DNA from: Lepidodermella squamata
Lineage: Eukaryota; Animalia; Gastrotricha
Length of the DNA: 64,000 nt
Reading direction: 5' to 3'
Assembly (NCBI GenBank): GCA_047495785.1
Contig: JBLDXI010000017.1
Span: 372,001-436,000 of the forward strand
Shown: in pieces, positions 1 through 13,376 of the stretch
Position numbering within the stretch: the first letter of the stretch is position 1
How the letters are laid out: each line of letters opens with the position of its first letter
Position numbers and translations under genes: made by a program
Notes under the pieces: model-generated
Told to the model about the DNA's origin: nothing
What the model saw: only the letters and a program-made list of their open reading frames with translations
The model's database searches: none

Positions 1-887
1 TACCAACATTTGCGTACTCTTGATTAAGTGTTAAATCAGGGAAATAACGAGAAATATTGATTGATCACTCGCGATAAAATCGCAAGTAGTAGATTAATTG
101 CTCAACGGGCAATTATTATCTTGCATTAGATTGCTCCCAGAACCCACGCATAAAGCATCAATAGCTCATTACGATATTATCATCTCAACCGGGAAGAATT
201 GTCCTTTACGAAAAAAATATATATTCTACAGCGAAATTTGAAAATAGCGCATGGTAAACACTTCGCTGAGAGATTAAACTAAAAATATCTCTCATGCGCT
301 TGAGCTATTTTGATGATATCCAGGCTTGGGTTCAAATTAAACGATAAATAGAAAATCACAGAAACGGAAAGACGGGGGAATTTAAAAATAAGGTCATGCT
401 TGACGTGCAATTCTAGTCAGAAGCTCTTGGGACGAGCTAATGCGTGCCCCCTTTCAAACAATCATTATGAATATTGCATTTGACTAACAAAACCAAACTT
501 CTCGTTCGATTTTAAACCAATTTTTCGAGTGGATGGCGTAGGAAACTCAGAAATTCACCTGAATAACAGCGTTTCGTGTATATCAGTTCCGAGCTGAAAA
601 ATCTGACCACGCATCTTCACAAAGGATGTTAATCCCGCGAATTTCACACTCCCGAAGATTTTCCATTACTGCAATAGGTGAATTTCTCTTACCAAAACAT
701 CATTTTAAGCGAGGTCTTTCATTTATTCACGTTCTCTCCGTCACAAATAGCATTAATTTCAATCAAATTGAAGTAAATTTTTAAATACTAATGTAGAATT
801 TGCGAAAGCCAGTCGGAACAATAATAATAACATAACAATAGTACACTAGTTGCAATTTTCTAGAAACTAAAATAAACCGGGATTCAT

Positions 888-2663
888 TCACGCCTTGATT
901 TGGCGCAACAACGCGTGCGGATGATCGGGTTTTAGCAACCGGACTCGATGTAGGAACGAACTGAAGGCAAACGTATATTCGACAAGTTTAAGATGGAACA
1001 GTCGAACTAGCAGCGAAGCGGTAACTTTCACTCGGCACCACAACTTATTCCCGCATTGATTCGCTTCGGCTTTCGCCAAGGCCCAGAAACACGCTCGAGA
1101 TTGAGCTAAAAATGCTGATAATTCACTTGGACAGCCGAGTTTCGACTGAATGCCGCGAATTAAGTCGTTCGATTTTAAAATAAGTAACAATTCACGAGGT
1201 ACGCAGTCGAGAAGGCCAGTCAGCTGCGGTACGAGTTGTACCGCCCAACTTTGAATTTCTGCATCTTCATTTCGGTCTTTTTTCTTCACAGCTAATTGGC
1301 CTCTAGAAACTGAATCCCAAGATCGGCCTGAAATCAGAAGCGATTATTAAAATCTAGTGACTAGGCATTCAGGTTTAACATACCTGCTACAACACATGCA
1401 AATAACTCAGCCGATTCGGGCGCTCCCATCGCTTCAGCGGCTCGTTTAATTGCAGGGACATCGCCGCTGATTAGTCCGAGCCATAACCGGCAATAGTCCA
1501 ATCGAAATTTATCGCTCAATTGTTGATACAACCCATGGTCGAGGAGTACCAACTTCACCTTGCCAGTTTTCGGATTTTTTTGCACGAGTAAATTTCCTGG
1601 ATGTGGATCACAGTGCATAAGGCCGCGGGTAAAAATCATGTCCGAGTAGAGTTTTCCTAGCATAGAAACAACTTCTCGCTCATTGATTCCATTCTGTTGC
1701 ATATAATCGATGTCGTCAACTTGACAGCCCTCGCAGAACTCCATTGTGAGAACGCGACTTGTCGATACATTTCGATAAATCTTGGGTAGCTTCAGAAAAC
1801 TGCTCAGATGTTTGTACGTTCGTTTTGCTTCTTCGCAATTATCAGCTTCGTGCAAGAAATCTAGCTCTAATGGAAGATTTTTCTTTGTGATTTCAACGAG
1901 CCAGCGAAACCGGAACTCTGGGAAGAACCTTTCAGCAACGCCGACGAGAAATTCCATTGTTTTCATGTCGAGGTAAGCGAATTTCTTCACATTTTTGTGT
2001 TGCACTTTAACAACAACTTGCTTATCACTGTTTTTCAATTTTGCTTTGTGCGCCTGAGCTAAAGAAGCTGCACCGCAGGGTTGCTCATTGAAGTCGTCGA
2101 AAACTTCTTCCAAAGGCTTGCCCAGTTCACTGAGTAGGACTTGCCTTACGTCGGACATCGGTGAGAAAGGAGCGCTGCTATGAAGAACACGCATCACTTC
2201 GACGTATTCAGCGGGTAAGAGGTAATCCAGAGAGCCCAGATGTTGAGCAACTTTCACAAAGACGCCTCCATTTCTGCAACACATTTCTCGCAGGCGGATA
2301 GCAGATCTCCGGTGGAGTTCTGATAAGAATGCTTCATAGCTTTCTGCTGATTTATCTTTATTGAAGAGACTAATTTTGTAATCTGCTGCGACGACGACAA
2401 ACTGGAAAGTAATCGGTAACTATAGCATTTCGTTTCAAATAGTGGAAGCTTACCGATAATGCACAATCGCAAAACCGGCTAAGGCCTTTTACGCCATCTG
2501 CGAATGACCAAAGGGTATTAAATCCAATTGCATTAGCTTCCGGTGTGGCAACGCAAACGGGACAACCGCGAGCATGAGCTAGAGAAGCGGCTCCAGCTCC
2601 GAGCAGAACGCCGGCTGAAAATCCTGTGACATGTCGAAGTCGTATCACTGATCTTGATAACAT
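888..2663 (-). CDS. ADCK1: aarF-domain (ABC1/UbiB family) atypical kinase, spliced (3 exons)
   Basis: ORF fragments join to give NGGVFVKVAQHL, AASLAQAHKA, VVVKVQH, ELDFLHEADN, MEFCEG, HCDPHPGN and LLDHGLY, the ADCK1/UbiB motifs. N-terminus looks like a mitochondrial transit peptide. Confidence 0.92.
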
Positions 2664-3361
2664 TCAGCAACTAAAACTAAACAAAACATGCGCTGAAGTT
2701 GATAAGGAGTATTATTTGCTACTACTTCCCATCGAAGATAGCTAAACGGAAAAAGGTCTCAGAGGCTTTGCTAGATGCTTGAGTAAGTTCTAAAATGCTG
2801 AATACATAAGCTGTAAGCCACCCAACAGCGCTGTGTAAGTATATCTTAGAGTAGATAATAACGTGATAGGCTCAATCAGCAAACAGCGGTAAATAGCACT
2901 GTGCAATGCACAAAAAGATGTTCTGAGTTCTGAAAAGCGCAGTAAATAAGTATTTCTCAAATGTGTATGAAAGTAAAAGTTCGTGTAGCTAAATAACTGA
3001 AAAAGTATCCAAGACTTGATAGCCCATGCGATCAGCATTCAGGAACTCGGGGGTTGAAATCAGCCAACCGCAGAGCAGAAAACTCCATGGCGACGTACCG
3101 TTCTAGGTCAATTCGTAAACCTTCATTCGAGAAACTTTTAGCCGAACACGTGACTGCAAAAATTTTGCGCGGCACATTTCAAATTTTTTCACCTTAGAAA
3201 TATAAATTACTAAATTATTTATTAATTCATTTTGTTTTATTTATATTATTTTACAGGCATTCGGGCATGAAATTTTGATTTCGTTTTTCGGGGGACCGAT
3301 GAGCTAAAAATAGATTGCGATGAATATACTGGAGAATTTTTCGCATTATACTCTCGGCGGC

Positions 3362-3470
3362 GATTGGTTGGCACGCAACTCGCATGGTTTTGTCCAGGCT
3401 GCGGCTATGAGCTCGGCAATTGGCTAGAATAGCCGTAAACACTTCGCGAATAGGGTGACTGCAGCCAATA
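3362..3470. promoter_or_regulatory. CCAAT-box cluster in the divergent ADCK1 / basic-protein promoter
   Basis: GATTGG (~3362), AATTGG (~3418) and GCCAAT (~3464) within about 110 nt, followed by a CGCGCG motif (~3476), between two divergently transcribed genes. Confidence 0.45.
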
Positions 3471-3702
3471 GAAATCGCGCGCCAGTTTCGTTTTGCTTTG
3501 TTCTTTGTTTGCCGCTAAACCACATTTTCTGGTTTTACACGAGGATAGTGTTGCATTGCATTCTATCAGTTGTTACGCGCTATATATTAATTTTCGCTTT
3601 GATCAGGTGAGTGACTCATTCCGGTGTGGTTACACGCTGTTACCCGAAAAAATTCAATTTAATTATTATTAATTTATTGCAGCATTAACTAAATCTCTCG
3701 AA

Positions 3703-3934
3703 ATGGCCAAGACAAGCAAGAAAGCAGGAGCCGCCGCTGAGCACGCTGGTGCTGCCGCTGCCGCCGCCGCCGCCCCCAAGAAAGTCGCCAGTACGTTTTT
3801 AATCTCACCTGTTGCGCGATAAACCGATTAACCCTGTCTATTTTTGTTTCCCTTTTATAGAGAAGGCGCGGAAGGGCAAGGCGAAGAAGGCGGGCAAGAA
3901 GGCCAAGAAGGGTGGCAAGAAGGGAAAGAAATAA
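3703..3934 (+). CDS. 53-aa Lys/Ala/Gly-rich basic protein (linker-histone-tail / protamine-like), 2 coding exons 3703-3790 and 3861-3934
   Basis: ATG at 3703, GT..AG intron 3791-3860, TAA at 3932-3934 gives MAKTSKKAGAAAEHAGAAAAAAAAPKKVAKKARKGKAKKAGKKAKKGGKKGKK. Strong AAG/GCC codon bias and an apparent 5'UTR intron (GTGAGT 3607 ... TTGCAG 3682). Not in the ORF track. Confidence 0.8.
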
Positions 3935-5054
3935 TCGACAACACCACACAGATCATCAAGACGGTCGGACTTTTTTTTTATAACAATGACCGATAGATTT
4001 TTGACTGAGAAATTCGTCATTCTGTGTTGGTTTTAATTGTTGAGTCCACATGTCTTCTTGAGAATATCATCGCGCCATATTTTATATATGTCAATTCTTC
4101 GTTACAAAATTTTGACGATTTTAGTAGACGCCTTACTACACTGCTTGTCCTAACGAAAACTTAATATAATATCTTATAAACGATACTACCTGAAATATTC
4201 TTCGCGTTTAACTACAAGCTAAGCGCCTAAATATTAAAAGTAGTACAATTATTTTGATCAGCAATCAGCGCCTGGCCAACATGTTATAAATTGACATGCG
4301 TCAATTGCTGTGACTGATCTCAATTGTTTTACAAAAAGACATAAAAATCTACTACAAACTAATCTTTGTAGCTGTGTCGGGGGCTTCTCTGATTCGTCAT
4401 CTTTTGTTTTGTCTCTATTTGTTGTTTTATGCTTTTATCTTTTTGCTACTTGATTTTGATTCTCGAAAAATCTCCCTCGTATAGGCTAGCGTTTGACTGG
4501 TCGATACGAGGGTTAAACAAAAAGTACTTCCGTGGGCTCGGACGATCTTAACGAACTAGCGAGTGGATGAAATAACTACAATATGCAATCATCTGTAAAA
4601 CGTTCTGTGTGCCTCGTTAGCGTTTTTGAGAAAATGAAAATGAAGATTGTTTTTCTACGATCATATTTATAATGAAAGGCCAGTGTTAGGTTCTTTGTTT
4701 TTTATCGCGGCAACGTGAGAAAACGGGGGCTTGACATTGTGTTCCTGACGAAATCGAGTGTGATCTGCCAGGAAAACGATCGGAAATAATCACATCGAAA
4801 CATGAACGGTAACGTTGTTGCGCACTTAGATGACTCTTGCGTTGTTATTTCACCGCGTTAGTTCCGCTGGACTATCCGAGCCCGCGAGACACTCGATCGT
4901 CCACCTCTCTCAGCTCGCCCACTGCCAAGTAAGGCGTCTGAACTGTGTACAATTTGTCGGTTATATGTTCCGCCTCTGTAAACTAGCTGTGTTTGAATAA
5001 AAGTTTGTTAAAGGAGCTAAGACAATCAACCGCATTTTTAATTCCGTAATTCGA

Positions 5055-5075
5055 TGGTGGTGGTGGTGGTGGTGG
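5055..5075. repeat. (TGG)7 microsatellite
   Basis: tggtggtggtggtggtggtgg read directly from the sequence. Confidence 0.85.
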
Positions 5076-6526
5076 ATGATGGATGAAAGCTGACAGGGTG
5101 TGGTTACGCCACCGCAGCAGCAGTTGAGTAACGGCCGTGTTTACATACGGTAATGTCGCTTTCACGAGCCACGCCCGAAAGTAGCTATTCATTATCTAGG
5201 GCGGTCAGTCAGCGCAGCAGTTTGACCCGTGTTTGCCCGGGCGCTAACATAACAGCAGATGGCGCGAAGATGTGCGCCGCCGCCGCGGACGGAAACGCGA
5301 CACCGGATATGCATTTACCGCGGAATTCGCACGATCGCGTTGTTTACACCGCCGCATGAGTTACATCATCACCCGAAATAATATTTTTTCGGTAGAACAT
5401 TATACATTACCTACTTAAAATCATCATTATCGGCCTCTTGAGATGGTGATGCTATGTTATATTTACTCAATCGCCGGGAATCGATAGTTTTATTTTTCCA
5501 ACGCACCTGTTCCAGACAGCAGCTGGACCCTAGAGGCTTATCATTCACGATGATGATAATGATGATGATAGTAATGAAAGCAAACTCATCACAATCACAT
5601 GGCGTGAGATACTTTCCTTGCGCACAAGTTTGGCGGTGGAGCGAAATAATAAATCAACACCTGTGAGCGAACAAGCGCAGCAGCTCTCTTACGCGCTAAT
5701 ATTTTCAGAGACCGTTTCGATGATGATGATAATAAACAACGCCATCGTGAAAACACACCAGAATGAAAGGCGAGACGAGCCAATCTCGGTGCTAGTATAG
5801 TGCAGCTGCATCTACCACCAACAGAAACGCTTCATACAAACACAGCTTGACTGGGCGAATAATAACATAACAATATTATCGCAAAACCATTTGTCATTAT
5901 TATTTATTGTTTACCCCTAAATCGATTTCACATCATCATTATTTCAAAAATAATAGCATTTTTTATTGCCTCTATTAATAACAACATGTTTTGCACGCCA
6001 CTTATTTGCATATTTCGCGTCCATTATAATGTGACATATTGAATTCGAATGAAACACCTAATCCCGTGTTTACGACGTTATCGCTTCGTATACTATATAC
6101 TACACATCGGCCGGCCTTCTTCGCAATTGAGGCAGCACGTCCAGTGTGAAAGATTTTTCAACGTCGCCATTCATTGAAAATTATTTCTCAGGTAGCAGCA
6201 GCAGCAGCTATTGTGCCCTTTCAATATTCGTACGTATTATTGTGAGTTGTTTTCCACTGAAACGCGCCGGCGCGAGCCTCGACAACAAAAACGAGACGGC
6301 AGAAAAAATCGAGTTAAAATTAACCCGCAGGCATCTATGCGTATTCCCCTTCATTATTTTATTTCGCATCTATTATAACAAATTGAATTGTGTGCCAGTA
6401 ATATTGAGCTAAAATGAGAAGAAAGATGAACAAGAAACGAGCGATGCCAATTTCGGTGCATTCATTGTCATCGCCGGGCCGGAGAAAGAAAAAAATCGGA
6501 ATTTTTTCACACCGCCGCCGTCGCGA

Positions 6527-8925
6527 CTACTCGGTCCACCGGTAGGCGCAGTTTGGATTGGTGCAAACGTAGTAGAGTCGCATCGATTCCTGTATTAAGG
6601 GTGCGCATAACGCACACACAAGGGAGAAAAAAACAGAAGAAATTAATTTTCGAGTCACGCAGTTAATTTTTTTTCTCACACGCGCTCAATTTTTTTGCAC
6701 GCAATTTTTTTAATGTTGTATAAATTCTCACCTCAGCCTTTTTCGTTTGCGCCTGGAAGAACACGGCTTCGTGGTGGCCGCACTTTTGACACGGCCGTTC
6801 CGTACGCGGCAGCGTCGGATCAGCAATTACGTCCGCAATTATTAGAGTCAATTCGCTGTCAACAGAAAAATTAACGCAATTATTTTTCAATTTGCAACAC
6901 ACTCGCAAAGAAAAGCATAATAACAACATAAATAATTCGATTATTATTTCGAAAAGAACGGGGCGAAAAAATCGATGGAATAACAAGTAGGCTTACTCGA
7001 CATCGTGCTTGATTTTGTTGATGTAAACACACGGATTATCAGATTCTTGGCTGAATTCGCAGTTACGGCACTGTAAGCACGAATTAATAATTAATTTCTT
7101 GCCAGAATTCGAGATTTTTGTGCGTAAACAAACCGCATAAAGTAGCACCTTGCGATTTTTGTCTTCCTTCGGATATAGCATGTTGTTGCTGAAAGGAAAC
7201 ACAAAAGTAGAATACATTTAACGCCGGAAATAAAATAATCGATTCCTTAAAATTAAGGGAGCTTCCCGATCTAGGTGTCATCAATTTCAAACTCGGTCGT
7301 CTTGTCATCAAACGTAATCGGACCCATGGAACAGACGGTCCGCATAAACTATGAAAGCAAAAAATTCAAATTCGGAGCCTCTCGTTCAATTTTAAATGTT
7401 GACCTGGATTTCGAAATTATGCAGTTGAAACTTAAGAATTAAAAGTTTCGCCGCTTCAAATTTTCATTTTTTTAGAAGCTGTGGATATGAAACATGGTAC
7501 TAGAAATGGCTCTCTATTCGAACCAGAAATCTACGTCGACCCATACTAGTTCGATGTCTTCTCAAAAGCAAGTGAAAAAACCCCAAATTTCCACTAACTG
7601 GAACGATTTAGGGGGGCGCATCGTCACCAAATGCTGACGCTTCACGTATCAAAAATAGCGGAGGAATTGGACTGAGCTGTTTTCTTCTTTGTTATTCTAT
7701 AGTTATCCAGTGGCGTATGTCTCTAAGCGTGTGTTGAGGAGCTCCTTGGAAAAGATAACCCTATTCCAGAGCAAACGAAGCTGAATGTTGAATGTAATCG
7801 TGGAAGTTCATCTTTTCTCATATCTCAAGGTCTTTTGAAAACCTCAATTTAGTTGGAGCTGATCTTTTTAATCACAACCGCTGTGAAGTTATTTTGGATC
7901 GTGATAGGGTAGAGACCAGATTCAGAGTGTGGCACGAGGCCGAAGAGCGCTGCGAGCAGCAATTTTTCGTTATCAGCGTGAAATGTACTTAAGGTTTCGG
8001 AATTCCAATTACCAGGGAATTCCGTTCCTCATTTTCCGATAATCATTTTTACAGCTACATGAAACTACAACCTACTACACTTTTCTCTAAAACTCGCCGC
8101 TAATCAACGACTCACACGCAGTTTTTTCAACAATGCGCTCGGGGTTACGGTTTTCTATTCGTTCCAAGGTAAAAAATCATTCGCCTACAGAGGGGCGGTT
8201 CTTTTCAACCTTAAGAACGCGCAAACTGCTGGTGAGTTTCTATCAAGCTCGCCCTTCGCTTACAATAACAGATAAATCGCCGACATAGAAATGGAACTTG
8301 AAATACTATGTTGAGATTCTGAAAGGACATTTGTGAAATGCGCATTTTTTTCCTTGAACCTTGCTCGAGCTTTTTCTTATTGGATTGAGGCTCGCTAGAT
8401 AAACTTTCCAAGAATGGCTTATATGAGGAAACCCAGGACAACACCTTTGAATTCTGGCGAATTTCTTCCCGTAGAAGTCCTATTTCGTTGGTTTTTGAGA
8501 TAAACCCATATAATGCGCCAAATTTCCTCGAATTCAACCGAAAATTCGAGAATTTAGAAAAAATGAAGCATTTATCGCATTATTTTGAGTTTTCCGAAGG
8601 TTCGATCTTCATTTCTAATATTCAATGTGATAGAAGGCCCAGAAATGAGATGAATAAGTCCAGATAAGTTAAAGGAAACTATCAAATTGTTGTTCTGTCC
8701 GACTTGACAAACTTCTAAAGAAACCAAATGTCCAAAGAAACGTAAATTAGCTATATTTCTAGGTTACGCCTGCCTTCCTAGCCGTCTCGAGAGGCAAATG
8801 TGATTCCTCTCTAGCGATTCATATTATTTCTACTCAAATTACCATTCTTGACAAAACTTGATGCCGACAAAGCCGCTTTCATTCTGCGACGTGTTCAGCG
8901 CGTTGGCAAGACCGTCGAAATCCAT
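6527..8925 (-). CDS. POLR2I: RNA polymerase II subunit RPB9; exons 8925-8843, 7188-7134, 7070-6997, 6855-6732, 6589-6527
   Basis: Spliced translation [38 protein letters not shown]...CRNC...[23 protein letters not shown]...[18 protein letters not shown] contains both RPB9 zinc ribbons. All junctions are GT-AG and in phase. Confidence 0.95.
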
Positions 8926-9739
8926 GATATTTCTTTTCGCGTCACCGGTAGATCTAATTAAACACTACGAAAAAACAGCCGTAGAATTAAACAATAGTAA
9001 ACTTTTAATTGTCATGTCAAAATAGATTCACAGTGTAATAATAACAACAACGGTATATCTCATTTGATTCAATTTTGTTTCACATCAGATCCAAAATATA
9101 ACACTTTTTTATCACTCAGTGCGTCAAAAACTAGATTTTTAAAACCGCAGCGTAGATTCGAAATTTCGATTCTAAATAAAAATTGAGTTTGGTCTTCACA
9201 ATATCACAAAAAAATCGGAATTCAGTCCACTGATTTTCACCATAATTCACGAGAATTTTGCATCATTTTACGCATTTCTTATCAACAGGTTTTTTCCGGG
9301 AAAATAAAACACCTTTCATTTCTTTTATGACATCATAGGCAAATAACAACGCGGTCTACTTTTCGTCGTACAAAGCAAAATAAACAATCTCGAATTGACA
9401 AGAAGTGGTTTGTAGGTAGATACGTGAGGTAAAACAAACTACAGGTAGCAAATACAAGTAGGCAGATTGATGGTTTCTCCCGTCTCGATTCCAGACACAT
9501 GAAATACTTACACAGATGATGTATATATAGGTAGGAATGGTGCTTTCATCAAAAAGTGCTGCCGAGTCATAAATAACGTTCAACGCCACACTTGATGCAT
9601 CGAGGCACACTGGGATTGTTTTGCCGGATATGCGGGGTAAAAAATAAGTGAGTAAATTTCCGGTATTTTCCGCCAATTTGCGGCGTAGTAAACAATTTCT
9701 TTTCAATTTCTCGCAAGAAAAATAGCGAACTCGATGTTT

Positions 9740-11011
9740 TTAGAAGGAGTAGTTTTTAGAGCAGCGGCAGTCGTTGTAAGAGCAGGTCACGTGACGGCGA
9801 TTTTGTTTGGCGCTTTCGGGCGATCCGTACGGTGCGGATGATGGCGGGTTGTACATCTGAGAAGCAGATCGGTTAGCTGAAGCCCTCAAGGCAGTTGAAA
9901 AGACCTATAAAAATTTAGAACAAGACAGAAATATTATTTGTCCGTCAAATCTTAATCGTAAAATTTTTCCCAAGGGGAAAAGCTATCTCGAAAAAATCAA
10001 TTTCAGGCGAAAATAATGGAAATTTTATGCTTTAATATGACACTTGAAGGCCGTAAATTGGAACAATTCTTCCAATACATAAATTTCGACTTTTTGATGA
10101 TAAGATCTGGCTGGAGATGTTTCCAAATTTGCATGTTATCGTTATTTTCAACTATTATTTTCATGGGATTCAATTTAAATAACACCACTTGCATTATAAT
10201 TTTCAGGATAGAATTAATTTTTAAGGATGAACCCCCTATTGTGAAAAAATCCCTTCACGGAACCACCTCATGTATTCATAATTATAAAAATGCAAAAATA
10301 TACAAAAAATCCATAATTTTCCTCATTAAATAAAGTTTTTAAATGATACAAAGTGACATTTACCCCCGTATCAGCTCGAACATTGCTAGTTCGCTTTCCA
10401 CTAATGCGACGAGCTTTGTTGCCGACAGCATAGGGCGAGAATTCAGGAGGGCGCAGAGATCCATCCAAAACAATTTCTTCTTCAGGCGTGCCTTTGAAAT
10501 GAACTTGAAAGCATTTTGATGCAGTAGTTGCGGCATCCGGAGCTCGGCGAACTCGTGGCAGAACGTCAACAAACGGTCGATAAGATCGAAAATAAGACGA
10601 CGCAGACGGTGTGGCACTTTTCGACCTTGGCGGGGAGGGTGAGACGCTTTTTGCATGGCTCAAGCTGCTTGAATCAACTTGAACACCTCGGCTTTTCTTT
10701 CCTTGCAATGAAACAACCTTCCTGATGGCAGGTTGTTGGCTTGAAGGTGAGCATTTGTCAGGAACCAGCTGAACCTTTCGCTCAACCTCAGAAGCAAGTT
10801 TTGAAACGTCGGCGTCGGCGTCTGAGAATCTTCCGCTATCGGGCAGATCTGTGTCATCGGGGATGTCCCATTCAAAGGGGGACTGGATGTGCAGGCTTTC
10901 CAAAAGACGTCTTTTCTGAACGTAATCATTGTGGCCGAGATATTCATCGCGAACAGAGCCATCGGCAGCACGAAAAGCACGCCGGTATTCGCTAACATTT
11001 CGTCGAACCAT
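9740..11011 (-). CDS. CCSAP: Centriole, cilia and spindle-associated protein-like; 2 exons (11011-~10364, ~9904-9740)
   Basis: N-terminal SEYRRAF...RRLLESLHIQSPFEWD and C-terminal FSPYAVG...KRTSNVRA|VFSTALRA resemble the conserved CCSAP blocks (SEY..., RRLLE.AH.PW.WD, PF..YG...KTHNV, SALRA). Confidence 0.7.
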
Positions 11012-13376
11012 TCGTTAAACTTCTAAACGGCACAACAGAAGTGAATTTATTGGCGGTTCTTTGTGATAAAATAAAGATAAAGGTCGAAGAATTAAAGGAG
11101 AAATAAATAGGGATAACAATTTCCATAATATTTCACCTGTTTGCTCAGATAGTAAACCCCTCGCTGAGAATTCCCAGGAATAGGGTAAACTATTGCTTAA
11201 CGCTTCCCATGTTTTGAAGATTTTTTCCTTGCTTGACAAATCATAAACAGCCAAAAATGCGTTCTCTAAACCAGCGCCAATTGTATCAAATCATCAGCTC
11301 AAAACTAAAAAACTTGTCAATATTTGTCAATATTCGAATAGTAGGGTTATTACAATCACAATACGACAAGCTGCTCTGCTGATCAGTAGGCTCTTGCCTA
11401 TCAGCCTGTATGTTATAATATATTTAATTTAACCCCTGATTTAAGCCGATATTTCATAGCCCACTTGTATACTGTAATCTTTGTCTATAATCTATATATC
11501 AAGCTGCTAGCATGTTGGTACGAACTCGATAACTTGCAATATTATAATATCTTGTGATGTAATTCTTACTGTAATAATGTTTCCAGGGCCTAATCAGTAA
11601 ATTAATAAAAATCGAGCTACAACAATCGGGTTTTGTTAATCACCGCCCGCCACATTTACCAATTGAAACAATCCTTAGGTATTGAGCGATACGACTTCGC
11701 GAAAATTCATCCGACGCCGTGGGCGGATGGGCGTTACTCGTCCAATACACGCTTTACTGTAAATACACCTAGGGAGCGATTATCTCCTTAGTCCAAGCGC
11801 GAATTTCGTACTGTATTACGAAGGCGATCTACATACATAAACTTCTCAATCTAGAATCCCACGAAGACAGTGAAAATGAAGCCTTGCCAATGCTAAAGTA
11901 CATATTTATCCTACTGCTAAATGTATATCGGCGACTCTCTGAAGCTATCCAAAACAATCAGCTTCAAAATAGGCACACACGATTATACCAATTGCCTCAA
12001 CTGTTAGTCTCGTAGGTTTCCGTTGCTCTAAAAAAGTGTTCTCAACAACCGCTACAATTTTTTACTGTATACCTTTTTGTTATATATCTTTAAACCTTAA
12101 ATCCGATAAACGATAACCTGACAACTACTGCAATGACTCAATCATCGGCAATAAATCATAATCAGACGATAAGCAACCCCTGCAACCTAGTGCTCGCATC
12201 GAGAATTGGGAATTACTTATTAAAAGAACTGTTTCAATTGCAAAATGCAAAATCAATGGCTTGACAGAGCCGCTGGGAATAAAACCAGGACAAATGGTAC
12301 GGACAACCTTGAAGGCCATCAACATCATAACTACGTAGGCACGAAAGCAGAGTTATTCCATGCCCACTGCTGAACAATAAAAACCGAAGAATGCGGTACA
12401 TAGCCAGCAATACGCAATAAACCTGTGGAGTCGCCGTGAAGATGATGGTCGAAAACACCTGAGAGGTCCTTCCACCCTCCACGACCCCGGTTCTTTCACG
12501 CTACACGCATCTTTTCGCTGGCCGCACAAAAAAATAGCCCGCGCTTTGATATACGTGAAGGCCAAAAATGATAAAATTAAATCTTAAAATACATATTTAT
12601 ACCACAACTGCTTTGCAAACTAATTTTAATTTCATCTAAAGTGCAAAAAAATCGGCGCAGTATAAGTCTGTTACGTAATCTTTCGAAAATTTTGTTTTTT
12701 CAATCAGTCAATCAGTCATTTGCGTGTGCAACGAAGCATGTTGGTGCGGCGTTGCCATCGACGAGGCAGCATGCGTTAAAGCGTGCAAACATGTCCAGCC
12801 ATAATTCAACAGTCGGTGGCTTGAGTGCATCAAAGATCATCCTTCTTTCCTCACCTTGAGTGCGGCGGTGAACTTCGTATCCTTGGCAAAGTGCGCAAGT
12901 TTTCCTTTTGTTTCTCGAGGAATAAAATGTTTCTTCTCAAATCTTCCTCATGTATGAAGTAAGCGTAAAGAGCTATTTCTGTCTTTGGGTCTCAACCTGA
13001 ACCCACTATTGTTATCGAGGAATCCTAACTTCTAGGGCACCGTAAGATTTTTACAGCTAGCAAACTGAGAAGGCTGCTGGCAAGTTCTTTAAGATGAATA
13101 TTGTTAGAGAAACTAAGAGCGACACTTGCGATTCTTGTTTTATTTGGTAAATGAACTGAAAATTTTAAAGATGAAGTTGCATAACTTTTGAAAAAGATGC
13201 CATGGTATGAAAAATCAGTCATCGTCTCGCTCATATCAATATGCTTGCCGCATGTCGACGCTTTCCACAAGATGTGATGAAACTGACGAGGAAGAAGGAC
13301 AAGGCGAAATTATGACAAGATAGCATACAAAATTGATTGGATGCGCGAGCCAGCAATTCAGGATGTGTAAAATGAC

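Noticed and set aside
3689-4020. Minus-strand hydrophobic ORFs (86 and 60 aa)
   Set aside because: They are antisense shadows of the Lys/Ala-rich plus-strand gene.
4848-4858. TTCACCGCGT matching part of the miR-124 complement
   Set aside because: Only 10 nt, the seed complement is absent, and there is no precursor hairpin.
12125-13270. Short ORFs downstream of the eEF1A paralog as an extra gene or pseudogene
   Set aside because: No recognisable motif, and no consistent spliced frame could be built.
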